From a virus (Duplodnaviria > Heunggongvirae > Uroviricota > Caudoviricetes), in the IMG/VR virus record IMGVR_UViG_3300001199_000001, positions 214,860 through 278,859 of that record: 64,000 bases of DNA, one strand, 5' to 3'. This document shows positions 7,166 to 17,039 of the stretch, in pieces (the first letter of the stretch is position 1; each line of letters begins with the position of its first letter). A program made the position numbers and the translations under genes. The notes under the pieces were generated by a model. The model was given only the letters and a program-made list of their open reading frames with translations. It made no database searches and was not told the DNA's origin.

Positions 7166-7606
7166 TCATTCGCCGAACTTCTTCTGGAGGCGAAGGTACT
7201 CGGCATATTCCGGGTCTTCCTCCCGCTCGACTTGCTCAGCGAAGGTTCCCCAATCCGGCGGCAAAGTCCGGGTCATTCCGTAGCGGTAGTAGTTCACCTG
7301 ATCTTCGAGTTTGCTGGCGCCGCCGTCGTCCATACGCCCGCCGTAACCGGCGTCTTCTCGGACCTTGCGCGCCTCGGCGAGAACAGCGGCGATGACCTTT
7401 TCGATATCCATAGGTTTAGGCTTCTCCACTTTATCGCCGGGGCGTGACACCAGTGTAAGTTCGCTTTCGGCGACGTGAAATCCGTTGCCGCCAGCAAAGA
7501 TGACAAAAACCTGGGGGTCTTCGAGCGGATATTGTTTCACATCGCGGACAACGCCTTCGCCAAACCCTAGGCAGCGCACGATGTCGCAGGCACGGAACTT
7601 AGCCAC
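7166..7606 (-). CDS. hypothetical protein (N-terminal SH3-like beta domain)
   Basis: 146 aa ORF; FRACDIVRCLGFGEGVV pattern. Confidence 0.6.
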   Translation of the reverse strand: MAKFRACDIVRCLGFGEGVVRDVKQYPLEDPQVFVIFAGGNGFHVAESELTLVSRPGDKVEKPKPMDIEKVIAAVLAEARKVREDAGYGGRMDDGGASKLEDQVNYYRYGMTRTLPPDWGTFAEQVEREEDPEYAEYLRLQKKFGE

Positions 7607-7608
7607 GT

Positions 7609-7854
7609 CTAGAACTCCGTGTAGGCGCGGACGGCTTCCGGCTGGAAGACCTCTCGCAGGGTAACGCCACCGACGCGAACGACGCCGACGCCGTCGCTGC
7701 TGACAGCATAGCCGGTACCGAGATCGGCATGTTCGCCGACGCGCTGAAAAGCGGCTTTGCGCAGGCCTTTCAACGAGGCGTAGCGGGTCGTCTTCTGATA
7801 CCCGTCAACCGACGAATAATAGAGAACGAAGGGTTTTGCTGCTGATTTGCTCAT
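7609..7854 (-). CDS. hypothetical protein
   Basis: TAATG coupling to the upstream gene. Confidence 0.6.
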   Translation of the reverse strand: MSKSAAKPFVLYYSSVDGYQKTTRYASLKGLRKAAFQRVGEHADLGTGYAVSSDGVGVVRVGGVTLREVFQPEAVRAYTEF

Positions 7855-8258
7855 TACGATGCCCCCTTGGCGTATTTCGTCGCCCACTTGGCGCACTTGC
7901 GTTCTTGAATTGCGACCAGTTCCGCCTCCGTGATATTCGGGTTGATCTGGTAGACCAGATCGATCAGGCAGTTGATCACGTCCATGGCTTCGCCAATGAC
8001 GCCGTCTTCGCCGGACCTCAGTCCCGTAGCCTTCAAAGTGATTTCCAGATCGAGTTCCGCCATCTCACCTTCGGCATGCTTGAACGTGGAGCGCACGGTG
8101 CGTCCATTATCGATCTGCCGTGAATATTTGAGGATGGTTTCGACCATCGTGGGTTGACCAGAAGCGACGGCAGCGTTGTATCCCTGCGCCCATCCTTCCG
8201 CTTCCTGATCGTTGAACCAAATCGGCGCGTCGTCGATGGTCTTTGGCTCGATAGTCAC
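7854..8258 (-). CDS. MazG-like NTP pyrophosphohydrolase
   Basis: HAEGEMAEL...IGEAMDVINCLIDL acidic helical motif; GGAGG RBS. Confidence 0.6.
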   Translation of the reverse strand: MTIEPKTIDDAPIWFNDQEAEGWAQGYNAAVASGQPTMVETILKYSRQIDNGRTVRSTFKHAEGEMAELDLEITLKATGLRSGEDGVIGEAMDVINCLIDLVYQINPNITEAELVAIQERKCAKWATKYAKGAS

Positions 8259-8329
8259 CGTGATTTCCTCCTTGTCGTCACAGTCAGCATATTAGCCGGA
8301 CCGACTCGGATTGTCAACAGCTTTTATTC

Positions 8330-8530
8330 TCAGATGTAATGGTCGCCGCCGCTCAACGCCGGTCTGACGATGTACCCATGTTGGCCGGAGTCGTTGGTGG
8401 CCTCCTCAACGATATAGCGAACGTCCCTGGTGCTCAAAGCGCGGGCTTTGGCGCGGGCGTCGTGCACCGCATCGATCTCCTCGCCTATGGTCGAGCACGG
8501 GAAGAACAGGGGATCGGTTTGTTCAGTCAT
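8330..8530 (-). CDS. hypothetical protein
   Basis: Coupled small ORF. Confidence 0.5.
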   Translation of the reverse strand: MTEQTDPLFFPCSTIGEEIDAVHDARAKARALSTRDVRYIVEEATNDSGQHGYIVRPALSGGDHYI

Positions 8531-9212
8531 CTTGTTGTCCTTCCGGGGTGATCATGTCTTGCACCCATTGCGGAAGCAGGGCGATGCGGGCGGCGTTGAG
8601 GGCGACATAATCGTACGCGGCGTCCTCGGTATCACCGTGGTTCAGTAGCCACAGGAACGGGCGCTTCCTCCACTTAGGTAGAAAGGAGCCGTGCTTCTCC
8701 AGCGATTCCATCTTGAAGCGAAGCGCCTCGCGGGCGTCGTGGTCGCCGCAATAACAGATCAATTCGTTGTCAGGTCCGACCAGCCAGCTACCCGAACTCG
8801 TGTACCGATAATAGTCGTCTGTCGCCGGGACCCAGTTGTAATAGACCTTACCGCCGTTGATACCCGGCTCTTCCTCGTGCTCCCAGGTGAAGGTATCGAC
8901 GCTGAGGAGCAGCCCGTCTCGCCGGGCATAAATGAACTGTTTCTCCGGTTTCGCCCGCTTTTGAAAACTGAGTTCAAGGACCGGCTCAAAGCCCATCTCG
9001 CCGACGATCCGCTGATAGCGCTCGATGGTGTTATCCATGAGGGTGTCGTCGCGCTCGATCAACGCTGCTTCCTTGATCGACATATTATCGCGCATCAGCA
9101 ACCATCCAGCCGCCGTCACCGCGTCGTAGTTCTCACCACCAAGGATATCTTCAGCCGCAGCTAGGCCATCGAAATCAAGCAGCCGCTTCAGGCGAGCGTC
9201 AGAAACCGTCAT
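8523..9212 (-). CDS. hypothetical protein
   Basis: 229 aa ORF, GGAGG RBS. Confidence 0.7.
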   Translation of the reverse strand: MTVSDARLKRLLDFDGLAAAEDILGGENYDAVTAAGWLLMRDNMSIKEAALIERDDTLMDNTIERYQRIVGEMGFEPVLELSFQKRAKPEKQFIYARRDGLLLSVDTFTWEHEEEPGINGGKVYYNWVPATDDYYRYTSSGSWLVGPDNELICYCGDHDAREALRFKMESLEKHGSFLPKWRKRPFLWLLNHGDTEDAAYDYVALNAARIALLPQWVQDMITPEGQQDD

Positions 9213-9396
9213 TAATCCTCCGTCACGCGGATGGTGTCGCCATCGCTGAAAAGCCGATATCGTCGATCAGATCGAGCAAGGCCCGCTTCACCGCGAGGGT
9301 GTCGTCATCCTCCGGCGCCACGGTGACGACCTTGGTGTCCAGAACACCGCTGCTGCCTGACAGGGTCAGGTGAAAAACACGATCTCGCATGGACAT
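9212..9396 (-). pseudogene. small ORF with apparent single-base frameshift near its 3' end
   Basis: A -1 shift at the T4 run (9249-9252) gives GC3-rich FSDGDTIRVTED ending in TAATG coupled to the next gene. Confidence 0.35.
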
Positions 9397-9578
9397 AGGC
9401 TAGCCTTTCTTTCTGGCTGTGTCAGCATCTTTGACAGGGGTTGTCACGATTTCGATCAACACCCCGCCTGTCGCGGTCTTGCCGCGAAACACGACGGTCG
9501 CGCCGAGCAGGTGCAGATCGGCGGCGAAGTTCTTCAAGGCGAGGTCGATCTCTTCGGAGCGGCTGAACTTTTTTCCCA

Positions 9579-9851
9579 TCAGGATTCGGCCTCGGTGTGA
9601 AGCGCTTCATGCAATTCAGCGATGTGCGCGGCAACCAGGGCGTCGAGTTGTTCTGACGTGAATTCAAAAGGCAACGGCTCGGTCACCCATTGGCCGTTCT
9701 TGCGGACGGCTTGGCCGAGCACCTTGATATCAACGTCCTCGAACCAATCGCCAATGAGCCCGACATCCGGCTCGGCTGGTTGCAGGACGCCTGAGACCTC
9801 GACATCGATCTCAAGCGTGATGGTGGTCTTGGTGGTGGTTGTTCGGGTCAT
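9579..9851 (-). CDS. hypothetical protein
   Basis: TGATG-coupled ORF. Confidence 0.55.
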   Translation of the reverse strand: MTRTTTTKTTITLEIDVEVSGVLQPAEPDVGLIGDWFEDVDIKVLGQAVRKNGQWVTEPLPFEFTSEQLDALVAAHIAELHEALHTEAES

Positions 9852-10192
9852 CAGTATTCGTTCCTGAAATTTTCGTACTGCTCCATGCGAGCGATCTCGT
9901 AGCGGTTCTCTTCGAGGTAGTCGCTGTAGTCGTCCTCGAAGAACTCACGGACGCCTTCGATCCATTCCTCGGCTTCGTCAGCCTCTTCGAACTGACCAGC
10001 CTTTTCGATTTTGTTGTCGGGCCGGGCCGAGCCATCGGACTCGCGGTCATAACGGACCCACACTTCGTAGACGAAGTCGCCGGTCTCGGACAGATTGTCG
10101 AACTCGTCAGCCTCGGTGACGGCGACCGCTTTGACGTAATAGTTCTCGGTGGGGTTCTTGAACTCGCCTGCGTAGGTGTAGCGGGACATCAC
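9851..10192 (-). CDS. acidic hypothetical protein
   Basis: AGGAGG RBS; promoter at ~10237. Confidence 0.65.
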   Translation of the reverse strand: MMSRYTYAGEFKNPTENYYVKAVAVTEADEFDNLSETGDFVYEVWVRYDRESDGSARPDNKIEKAGQFEEADEAEEWIEGVREFFEDDYSDYLEENRYEIARMEQYENFRNEY

Positions 10193-10467
10193 GACCTCCT
10201 TGATTGAGGCTGTAGATTACCCGGCTATTTGAGTGATGTCAACACCTAATTATCAGATTGATAGGCCTCGACCTGGGACCGGTGGACGAAGACCGTACGG
10301 GTCTCATCGATCTCCAGCAGGCAGGAATCGCCATCGACCGCCGTGACCTCGCCCATGAAGAGGAACAGCGGGTGATCGGACTGGGTGATGATCAGTTTGT
10401 CGCCAAGTTCCATCCTAAGCGCTCTCCCTCGCTAACCCATTCGGGCTTACAATGATCATCAAAACTA

Positions 10468-11046
10468 TCATGGGTGATCGATTTTAGAACGTCTCATTCT
10501 TTCAGCAGTCTCGCGAAAAGGTGCAAAAAGTTCATCGACGCAGTGAGGGCAACCAAGCCCTTGTTCTAGCCTCCTATTCACAGACTCAGAATATATATGC
10601 CCCTGAGTACAACGCCATTCGAGACGTATTCTAAATAGATTTGCATTTCTTGTTGTCAATTCACGGGCTAGTTGCGAATTTTCCCTAATCCACCATGGGC
10701 ATGAGGGACAGTTTCTGTCTTTGTAAGTACGGTTATAGACGGTCAATTCGTAAGTGTGTCCCAGTAGGCAGACCCACCTAATAGACTCGAATGAGTGTAG
10801 AAACGCTTTAGAAAATTGGATTTCATTATCCGGATGCCATTCCTCAAATAAATCCGGACGAGCATCTTTCAAAAGCGGGGCGGTTCCATCCTCTTCTGCA
10901 CGAATAATCCTATCTATTTCAGATATGCGCTGGTCGTACACCGGGTCAGTAGGGAATAGCCTAAGGTGCGGAAATAAATCGCGGTTTCTCCGCTGATACC
11001 GCTTCGACGGTACTCCTCTTTTTTCCAGTTTTTTGCTGTAACTCAT
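10468..11046 (-). CDS. zinc-ribbon (DUF4379-like) repeat protein
   Basis: PDLFEEWHPDN...WVCLLGH...CPSC and WRCTQGH...CPHC; AT-richer than flanks. Confidence 0.7.
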   Translation of the reverse strand: MSYSKKLEKRGVPSKRYQRRNRDLFPHLRLFPTDPVYDQRISEIDRIIRAEEDGTAPLLKDARPDLFEEWHPDNEIQFSKAFLHSFESIRWVCLLGHTYELTVYNRTYKDRNCPSCPWWIRENSQLARELTTRNANLFRIRLEWRCTQGHIYSESVNRRLEQGLGCPHCVDELFAPFRETAERMRRSKIDHP

Positions 11047-11059
11047 GTCTTAAAAGTAA

Positions 11060-11096
11060 GTCAGCCAAGACACAAATGATGTTTTGGCTGACTTAA
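11060..11096. terminator. inverted repeat, possible terminator
   Basis: AAGTCAGCCAA...TTGGCTGACTT. Confidence 0.4.
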
Positions 11097-11103
11097 TTTC
11101 CTA

Positions 11104-11892
11104 CTAAATGGTGGCGGCGACGCAAGTCAGAATCTTCTTCTGATCCTCGGCGTTCACTTTACACAGCGAGCCGTCTACAACGATGTAGAGGTACCCACTC
11201 TCCGGTGTCGCTATTACTTCTGCACGCCCGGCGAGATAACCAAGCGCCTTACCAGTCCGCGCGTCTTCAGCTTTTCGGTTCTCATCCACGACGTAATCGT
11301 CATAGGTCGCAAAACCCTTCGAGACCGCCAAGACCTCGCGTTGTTTCCGTTCGTGTTCTCGTAGGATTTGGGTGTTAGCCTCTTCCTGTTGGCGCTGTAA
11401 CTGACGTTCGGCGCCCTTGCGGTACATGTGCGCCATGCCTAGGCCCTTGATGCCCTCACTACGCTCGATGACACCTAGAACGTCGGTCAGGGTAGGCGCA
11501 ATCGGTGAAGTATAGGTATGGATAAGCTGATCCAGCGCCTGACACATCTGTGCTTTGACGTTGCCGAACATCATGTCGATGTTCTCGCGGGTTGAGGGCT
11601 CGACCTTGGATAAGGCGTAGTTGAAGAGCTTAGCGCCGAAGATATTCCCTTTCGCCTGCCCGACCTCGGCGGAATAGGTCTGATTTAGGCCGGGGGCGTC
11701 CATGGCATTGCGATTGATCAGGAAGAGGATGGCGACGATTTGCTCGGCATGGAGCGTGACATCCTTAATCCCCTTACTCAGGCCGTTCGCGGCTTCACGG
11801 AATTGTCCGTGAAGGGCGGTAATAAGACTAGCCATTTCGGGGTTGTTTGAGCCGGTGAAGCTCGGGGGTGGCGCATAAGCGACAGCGTTCAT
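11104..11892 (-). CDS. hypothetical protein
   Basis: 262 aa ORF, GAGG RBS. Confidence 0.65.
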   Translation of the reverse strand: MNAVAYAPPPSFTGSNNPEMASLITALHGQFREAANGLSKGIKDVTLHAEQIVAILFLINRNAMDAPGLNQTYSAEVGQAKGNIFGAKLFNYALSKVEPSTRENIDMMFGNVKAQMCQALDQLIHTYTSPIAPTLTDVLGVIERSEGIKGLGMAHMYRKGAERQLQRQQEEANTQILREHERKQREVLAVSKGFATYDDYVVDENRKAEDARTGKALGYLAGRAEVIATPESGYLYIVVDGSLCKVNAEDQKKILTCVAATI

Positions 11893-12003
11893 TTCTGTAC
11901 CTCGGCCAAGGATTCAGCACCTCCCTTCCACAATAGAGGGGATATGTGTTCATTCCTATTGGCAACACATTGGTACCGATTCGTTAGAGGGCTGTCAACT
12001 GCT

Positions 12004-12819
12004 TCAAAGAATCTCGCAGACATAGGCGCGGAAAGGATCGAACAAACGCTCCACGCACTTCGGACAATGCAAACCCTTCCGTTCACGTTTAAATCGTGTC
12101 TGTTTAAAACTATGTCCGTCGCCACAGCGCCATTCAAGTGGCGTGTGGTATGCATTTACACCCAGTCCCCCTACTTCAACGTTCTCTGCTAGTTCCGAGA
12201 TGAGGTGTGGAGCTTCTGCGGCCCAGGTCGGACACCTTGGACAGGTATATCTCTGATATGCTTTTTGGAGCACCGATGCAGTGTAAGTGTGGCCCTCCGG
12301 ACAAACCCACTTATACCGCTCGGTCGACCCAGAATTTACCTCCTGAAGTTTTAGGGGATTATCGGGATGCCATTCACTGACGAGATGAGGGTAACGGACT
12401 GCGGTGTTTTCGCGGGCGGCAGCTTTGCATGGACGGCACCCACCGCCCCTATCCTGACTCTGGTAAACGCCGTGTAATTGGCATCTATGGGTCAAATGAG
12501 GCCAAGTTTTAGGCAGCGGATAACGCTCTGGACTAGAGGAAATCAACTCGACCGAAGAACCTGATCGCAGGTAGTGACCACCCTTGGGGTCAAGAGATTC
12601 GATAACCATGTCAATATAGGCGTAGAGAAACATGCTGGTTTGTGGTAATAGCTCGATCACGCGCCCTGTTGTTACCGTCTCGTTTTCATCCCGAAAACGC
12701 ACGACATCACGTTGGTGAAATTCACAAAGAGTCTCACGTTTGTCCGGGTCCCATATTCCACTAGACTCGTATGTTCTAGTGCCAGCGTAGCGTAAGTTGA
12801 TCGTGACTAGCCGTGTCAC
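12004..12819 (-). CDS. zinc-ribbon (DUF4379-like) repeat protein
   Basis: YPHLVSEWHPDN...WVCPEGH...CPRC and WRCGDGH...CPKC; paralog of 10468-11046. Confidence 0.7.
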   Translation of the reverse strand: MTRLVTINLRYAGTRTYESSGIWDPDKRETLCEFHQRDVVRFRDENETVTTGRVIELLPQTSMFLYAYIDMVIESLDPKGGHYLRSGSSVELISSSPERYPLPKTWPHLTHRCQLHGVYQSQDRGGGCRPCKAAARENTAVRYPHLVSEWHPDNPLKLQEVNSGSTERYKWVCPEGHTYTASVLQKAYQRYTCPRCPTWAAEAPHLISELAENVEVGGLGVNAYHTPLEWRCGDGHSFKQTRFKRERKGLHCPKCVERLFDPFRAYVCEIL

Positions 12820-13040
12820 AGGTCGTGCAGCGTCAAAGTGAACGAGCCATCGCCGTTGTCGTGCCAGTTGACCGACTTGGTCTCGGCGTCGAACTCGTGG
12901 GCGATCTCAAACGGGATGTACACGGCAGGGGCTCTGTCGTGTTCTACGATCCGCATGCTGTAGTCGGGGCCTTGGCGCATTATCTGTCCTCAAGTGTGGG
13001 GACAAAGATAACCGACTAGGCGTCAGTTGTCAACGCTTTG

Positions 13041-13889
13041 TTACTGGTCTACCCCTCGACTGGCCTTCGCCGCCGCATCATACCGTTCCTTGTTCGCCCA
13101 GTAGAACGGTGCGAATAGCTCAGCCTCACGACGGAAGGGGATGTAGTCAAGCTCATCCTTGGATGCTTCCGCGACCAACCATTCGCTGTGGGCGTCTATC
13201 GCCGCCTGCCGGTCGCTCGCCGCCGCGATCTGGAACTCCAGCATATGGCGTTCGATCTCAGGATAGCGCTCCGACCACGTCAACGAATAGACCGCGTTCT
13301 GCTCGGCGAATCGCCTGATCCACTGTTCGGTGAAATCGAGTAGGTGTTCGGGCTTGCTGACCATCACGTCACGGCGCATCGCCCGGATGGTCTCGACTGC
13401 TACAGGCCGATTGACCTTCCAGAGCGCCTGCATCGTCGGGTCGTGCAGGAACCGGTCGGCATAGATCGGGTGTTGGAAAGACTGAGCGCGCAACTCGGGC
13501 ATTTCGAAATACACCTGAATTTCCGACAGGACGCTCGCTTCCAACTCGTTGCGCTGCATCTTCTCATCGAAAGCGGCTTTACCGATGTTGGGGATGTAGG
13601 GCATGTGCGCCGCGTGGTAGAATTCGTGCAGCAGATAAAGATCGTGGATGAAGGGATTGGTGTAGTCATCCCGCAAGGCAATCGCCCCCCACCACGTCGA
13701 GAAGTGTGCGCGCTCTAGGTAGTCGTGTGACGGCGTATAGAACAGGCGTGGCAACCAAGTGAATTGCTCGACCACCTTGCCGATGAAACCGCCTGCCGTG
13801 TGGGAGAGACGGAATTCATCCGTTTTCCACAGACTGTAAACGAACGAATCTATCGCGTCGGCTGAGGTATAGGTACGGATATTATGCAT
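13041..13889 (-). CDS. HExxH-motif protein
   Basis: LYLLHEFYH with downstream NELEAS; overlaps the stop of the aminotransferase gene. Confidence 0.6.
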   Translation of the reverse strand: MHNIRTYTSADAIDSFVYSLWKTDEFRLSHTAGGFIGKVVEQFTWLPRLFYTPSHDYLERAHFSTWWGAIALRDDYTNPFIHDLYLLHEFYHAAHMPYIPNIGKAAFDEKMQRNELEASVLSEIQVYFEMPELRAQSFQHPIYADRFLHDPTMQALWKVNRPVAVETIRAMRRDVMVSKPEHLLDFTEQWIRRFAEQNAVYSLTWSERYPEIERHMLEFQIAAASDRQAAIDAHSEWLVAEASKDELDYIPFRREAELFAPFYWANKERYDAAAKASRGVDQ

Positions 13890-14919
13890 CAGCAAATCCC
13901 ACACGTTGAGCCATGCCGGGCGTCAAGCAAAAACGAAGTTGCCCGGACTCAGCAGGCCGCCGAAGATAGGTGTCCAGGGCGGCATCGTTGCAGCCGGGCG
14001 CCGTCGCCAAGATATATACATCTGATGGATGTAAGGTGATGCCGAGTGTCCGCCCAACGCGCTGTGCATGCTGGCGTTGCGTGCTCTGATATTGGCTGGC
14101 CATGTAGAACACGCTCATGTCTTCCATCAAGGCCGTGCCGAGTTGCAGCGAGGTCAAGTTCTTGAACCATTTGTTACCAAACAGTCCAAGGTCTTCGGTA
14201 CGACTGAACAGACCACCGATACGGTCGTAGTAAGCTCCAAAGGGTTTGGACAGGCTGAAGACGACATTGCGGATGCAGCCTACGGTCGCATTAATCTTGC
14301 CGACGGAGCCTGTTGAGGCGGTCGCGCCGACATAGGTCAAGTCCAGCACAACACTGGGGTAGCCGGTCGCCGCTGTGACTTGCTCCAGAAAATCGTTGCA
14401 GTCTCCCCAGATGTTGCCGTCGATAGCGGACGGTTGACTGAGGAAGAACAACCCCCCTTGCCGGGCCAAAACACTCGGAACATCACGCCATTGCTCACGC
14501 GGATGCTCTAAGACAAGCAGCCCCGCCGCTTCGGCGTAGGCTCTATAACCTTCGTACTCGCCTGCAAAAACGTGGACGATCTTCGGTCCCGCCTTTTTCG
14601 TGGCGTAGTCGAAAATGATTTGTCGCAGGCCTTCGCTGGCGCCCGCCGTCGGATATTGAAACGGAAACCGATCTGGGTCGAAATCCACCATGTGAGACGA
14701 CCACTTTATCCACGTCTTGAAGAAGCTGGTGTGCGCTGCGTCCTGCTTACCCGTCCACGCCTCATGGAACTGCGCGAAGTAAGCGGGAGACTGGAACAGA
14801 GAGCGCTTGATATCCTCGACGTAAGGATTGGTCAGGGCATAGACCGTCTTCGATGCTCCAACCGAGAGGAGGAGGGCGTTGAGATCAACGTTGGGATTAT
14901 ATTGGGTCGCAGTCGACAC
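13882..14919 (-). CDS. PLP-dependent aminotransferase-fold (class I/II-like) enzyme
   Basis: GASEGL, SQPSAIDG, VLDLTY, FSLSKPFG...RIG (PLP lysine motif). Confidence 0.75.
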   Translation of the reverse strand: MSTATQYNPNVDLNALLLSVGASKTVYALTNPYVEDIKRSLFQSPAYFAQFHEAWTGKQDAAHTSFFKTWIKWSSHMVDFDPDRFPFQYPTAGASEGLRQIIFDYATKKAGPKIVHVFAGEYEGYRAYAEAAGLLVLEHPREQWRDVPSVLARQGGLFFLSQPSAIDGNIWGDCNDFLEQVTAATGYPSVVLDLTYVGATASTGSVGKINATVGCIRNVVFSLSKPFGAYYDRIGGLFSRTEDLGLFGNKWFKNLTSLQLGTALMEDMSVFYMASQYQSTQRQHAQRVGRTLGITLHPSDVYILATAPGCNDAALDTYLRRPAESGQLRFCLTPGMAQRVGFADA

Positions 14920-14986
14920 GCGCTCTCCGTCGAGATGGATTTCAACAAGACTGGTATTATAGAGGCGTTGGTTTATATGTCAACAG

Positions 14987-15178
14987 CTATAAAAGCTTTC
15001 TCGCCAGCCTGAACACCACGCCGAACAGAAGGAAGCTCAACGCCGCGAGATAGTGCCAGACCGCCGAAGGCTGGTGGGCGACGACGAGCAGCAAGGTCGT
15101 CAGCACGGCGATGAAACCAGCAGCGCCGATGTTGACGGCCGACATGACCGCAAGAAGTATATCAAGGAAGCGGTTCAT
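14987..15178 (-). CDS. small membrane protein
   Basis: Two hydrophobic segments. Confidence 0.55.
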   Translation of the reverse strand: MNRFLDILLAVMSAVNIGAAGFIAVLTTLLLVVAHQPSAVWHYLAALSFLLFGVVFRLARKLL

Positions 15179-15852
15179 AAATTGTCCCTCAACACCTTCA
15201 TCACCTTATCCAAGATCGATTGACCCAGAGGGTCGTTAGCGAACGCAAAGCGCTCAGCGAGATATTCCAATTCCGGTTTATTGAACGCCGTGTGTCGCTC
15301 AGCCGTCCCCGCCGCCCATGCCTCTTTAGCCCGCTGCGCTGCTTCCTCGTTGCGGATACGGCAACGGTCGGCATAGGTCAGGTCGTTGATATGGGCCTTG
15401 GTATATTCCCGGCCAGCTTCGAACTCAAAACCCAGTGATTGCGGGTCTTTCCCTTCAGCGATCAGACGCTCGCGGATAGCTTGTTTTTCAACAGAAGCTG
15501 CGTAGCCGAACTTTAGGTGGATCGGCGTGTCGTCAACAATCTTGGGGAGCGGCTTGATCTGAAGATAGGCCATCTGCTTGTCGCCGTCTTGCAGGTAGCG
15601 CAGCGCCCATAAGGTCTTCGAGTGAAGTCTAGGTCCGATCAGGTTCGGCAGCGAAGCCGTAACCTTGAAGGGATCGTAGGGAGCCACCCAGTGCCACCGG
15701 CCGGGCGTGCGACCATTAAGTCCGAGCCTCGTCACCCGTCGTTCGGTCCAACCCAAAGCCTTGGCGACTTCTTCGTTCAGCGCCTTGTCGAACCCTTCAC
15801 AGGTGCGAACGCGCTCGATCAGGTCGTCAAGTTTTTCGGAGGATAAATCCAT
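15175..15852 (-). CDS. hypothetical protein (leaderless)
   Basis: ATG 6 nt after the -10 of TTGACA-17-TATCCT; N-terminus resembles part of 52553-53104. Confidence 0.65.
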   Translation of the reverse strand: MDLSSEKLDDLIERVRTCEGFDKALNEEVAKALGWTERRVTRLGLNGRTPGRWHWVAPYDPFKVTASLPNLIGPRLHSKTLWALRYLQDGDKQMAYLQIKPLPKIVDDTPIHLKFGYAASVEKQAIRERLIAEGKDPQSLGFEFEAGREYTKAHINDLTYADRCRIRNEEAAQRAKEAWAAGTAERHTAFNKPELEYLAERFAFANDPLGQSILDKVMKVLRDNL

Positions 15853-15902
15853 GGTTAGAGGATATCAATAACCACGGATAATGTCAACAACTTAGATTAA
15901 GA

Positions 15903-16145
15903 TTATTCCGTCTCGGCCCGGCGAATGACATCAGGCAGCACTGAGCATAAAGCATCCAGTGAAGGATGAGCGACAAAGATCGGCTGATCATTCTCGCGCG
16001 TGGCGAACCACATCCCGGACGCGCCCTGACTTAGCCGTATGGCGCTATCACCATCAGACCGAGTACGATCCCCGTCAGGGCCAATCCCACGATCACCAAT
16101 TCCGCAGCCATTGTCAGAAGATAGTTCATCAGCGTCCTCCATCAT
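15903..16145 (-). CDS. hypothetical protein
   Basis: ATGA-coupled ORF. Confidence 0.45.
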   Translation of the reverse strand: MMEDADELSSDNGCGIGDRGIGPDGDRTRSDGDSAIRLSQGASGMWFATRENDQPIFVAHPSLDALCSVLPDVIRRAETE

Positions 16146-16351
16146 GAGGACGCATTATCGCGCAGAAGTGTTGATTTTTCGTTAACGTGGACTTGCACCG
16201 GCTCTTTAGCGCGGTAGACGAGCCAGTTGACCCGGTCGAAGCGTTCGAGGGGGGTAAGGTCTGGCTCTATATGGCGGACGTTACGCGCCTCTTTGAAATA
16301 GGTCCAGCCGAGGCGGATGTCTTGAAAGAGGTTGGCGAGAGGTTTTCGCAC
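16142..16351 (-). CDS. hypothetical protein
   Basis: ORF downstream of the promoter at ~16405. Confidence 0.45.
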   Translation of the reverse strand: MRKPLANLFQDIRLGWTYFKEARNVRHIEPDLTPLERFDRVNWLVYRAKEPVQVHVNEKSTLLRDNASS

Positions 16352-16454
16352 GTCGTCATTTGTCCAGTGACAGAGGTGAAAAAACTACCTGACATTTACT
16401 AGTTTGTCAACAGTTCATTGCCGTGTACACGATATCACAGAGCCGTCGAGTGAG

Positions 16455-16706
16455 CTAGGCGTATTCCATCGGCGGTGTGGTGATGCGCCTCTTCTCGACA
16501 ACGAAGCTGCGGGGCTCTACGGCGACCGCAACGAAGCGAGCTTCTTGGCAGACGTATGGGTGCACAGGACGGATATTGGACTGCCACTTCCCCGTCCGAC
16601 TATCTAGGAACCGGCAGTCCTTACGGGCGTACTTCTCTCCCGGCGCGATCATGGTCTTGCAGTTGGCGCACGGCGTCGCCCGTTTCATAACCTTCAGCCT
16701 AGCCAT
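16455..16706 (-). CDS. small Cys/His zinc-binding protein
   Basis: CANC...IAPGEKY...HPYVC. Confidence 0.5.
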   Translation of the reverse strand: MARLKVMKRATPCANCKTMIAPGEKYARKDCRFLDSRTGKWQSNIRPVHPYVCQEARFVAVAVEPRSFVVEKRRITTPPMEYA

Positions 16707-16711
16707 GGATA

Positions 16712-16939
16712 TCAGTGGCGCTTAGCTTCAGTCACTGACAAGGCTATGTAATTCAACGCCCTCTTGATCCGCTCGTTGATATCCGGATGAGGCGGGACCC
16801 GACTGAGAACGGCGTTGCGTTCATCAGGCCGCATCAAATTCCACACGCTGACCGCATAAGGGGACTGCGGTTGATCGTGGTTGGCGCCGTCGTAATTGAA
16901 TCGAGTTCCGATCATGGTTCCACCCCGTGTCAGCATCAT
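16712..16939 (-). CDS. hypothetical protein
   Basis: Co-oriented ORF. Confidence 0.45.
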   Translation of the reverse strand: MMLTRGGTMIGTRFNYDGANHDQPQSPYAVSVWNLMRPDERNAVLSRVPPHPDINERIKRALNYIALSVTEAKRH

Positions 16940-16999
16940 TAACGTTGCATGTTGGTCTATCGGAAATGGGTGCGTGTGACAAGGTCCCTGTGGCGCGAC

Positions 17000-17039
17000 A
17001 AAAAAGACGCCCCCGCCGCGAATGCAGCGGGGGCGTTTT
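17000..17039. terminator. intrinsic terminator (bidirectional)
   Basis: AAAAAAGACGCCCCCGC...GCGGGGGCGTTTT. Confidence 0.75.
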
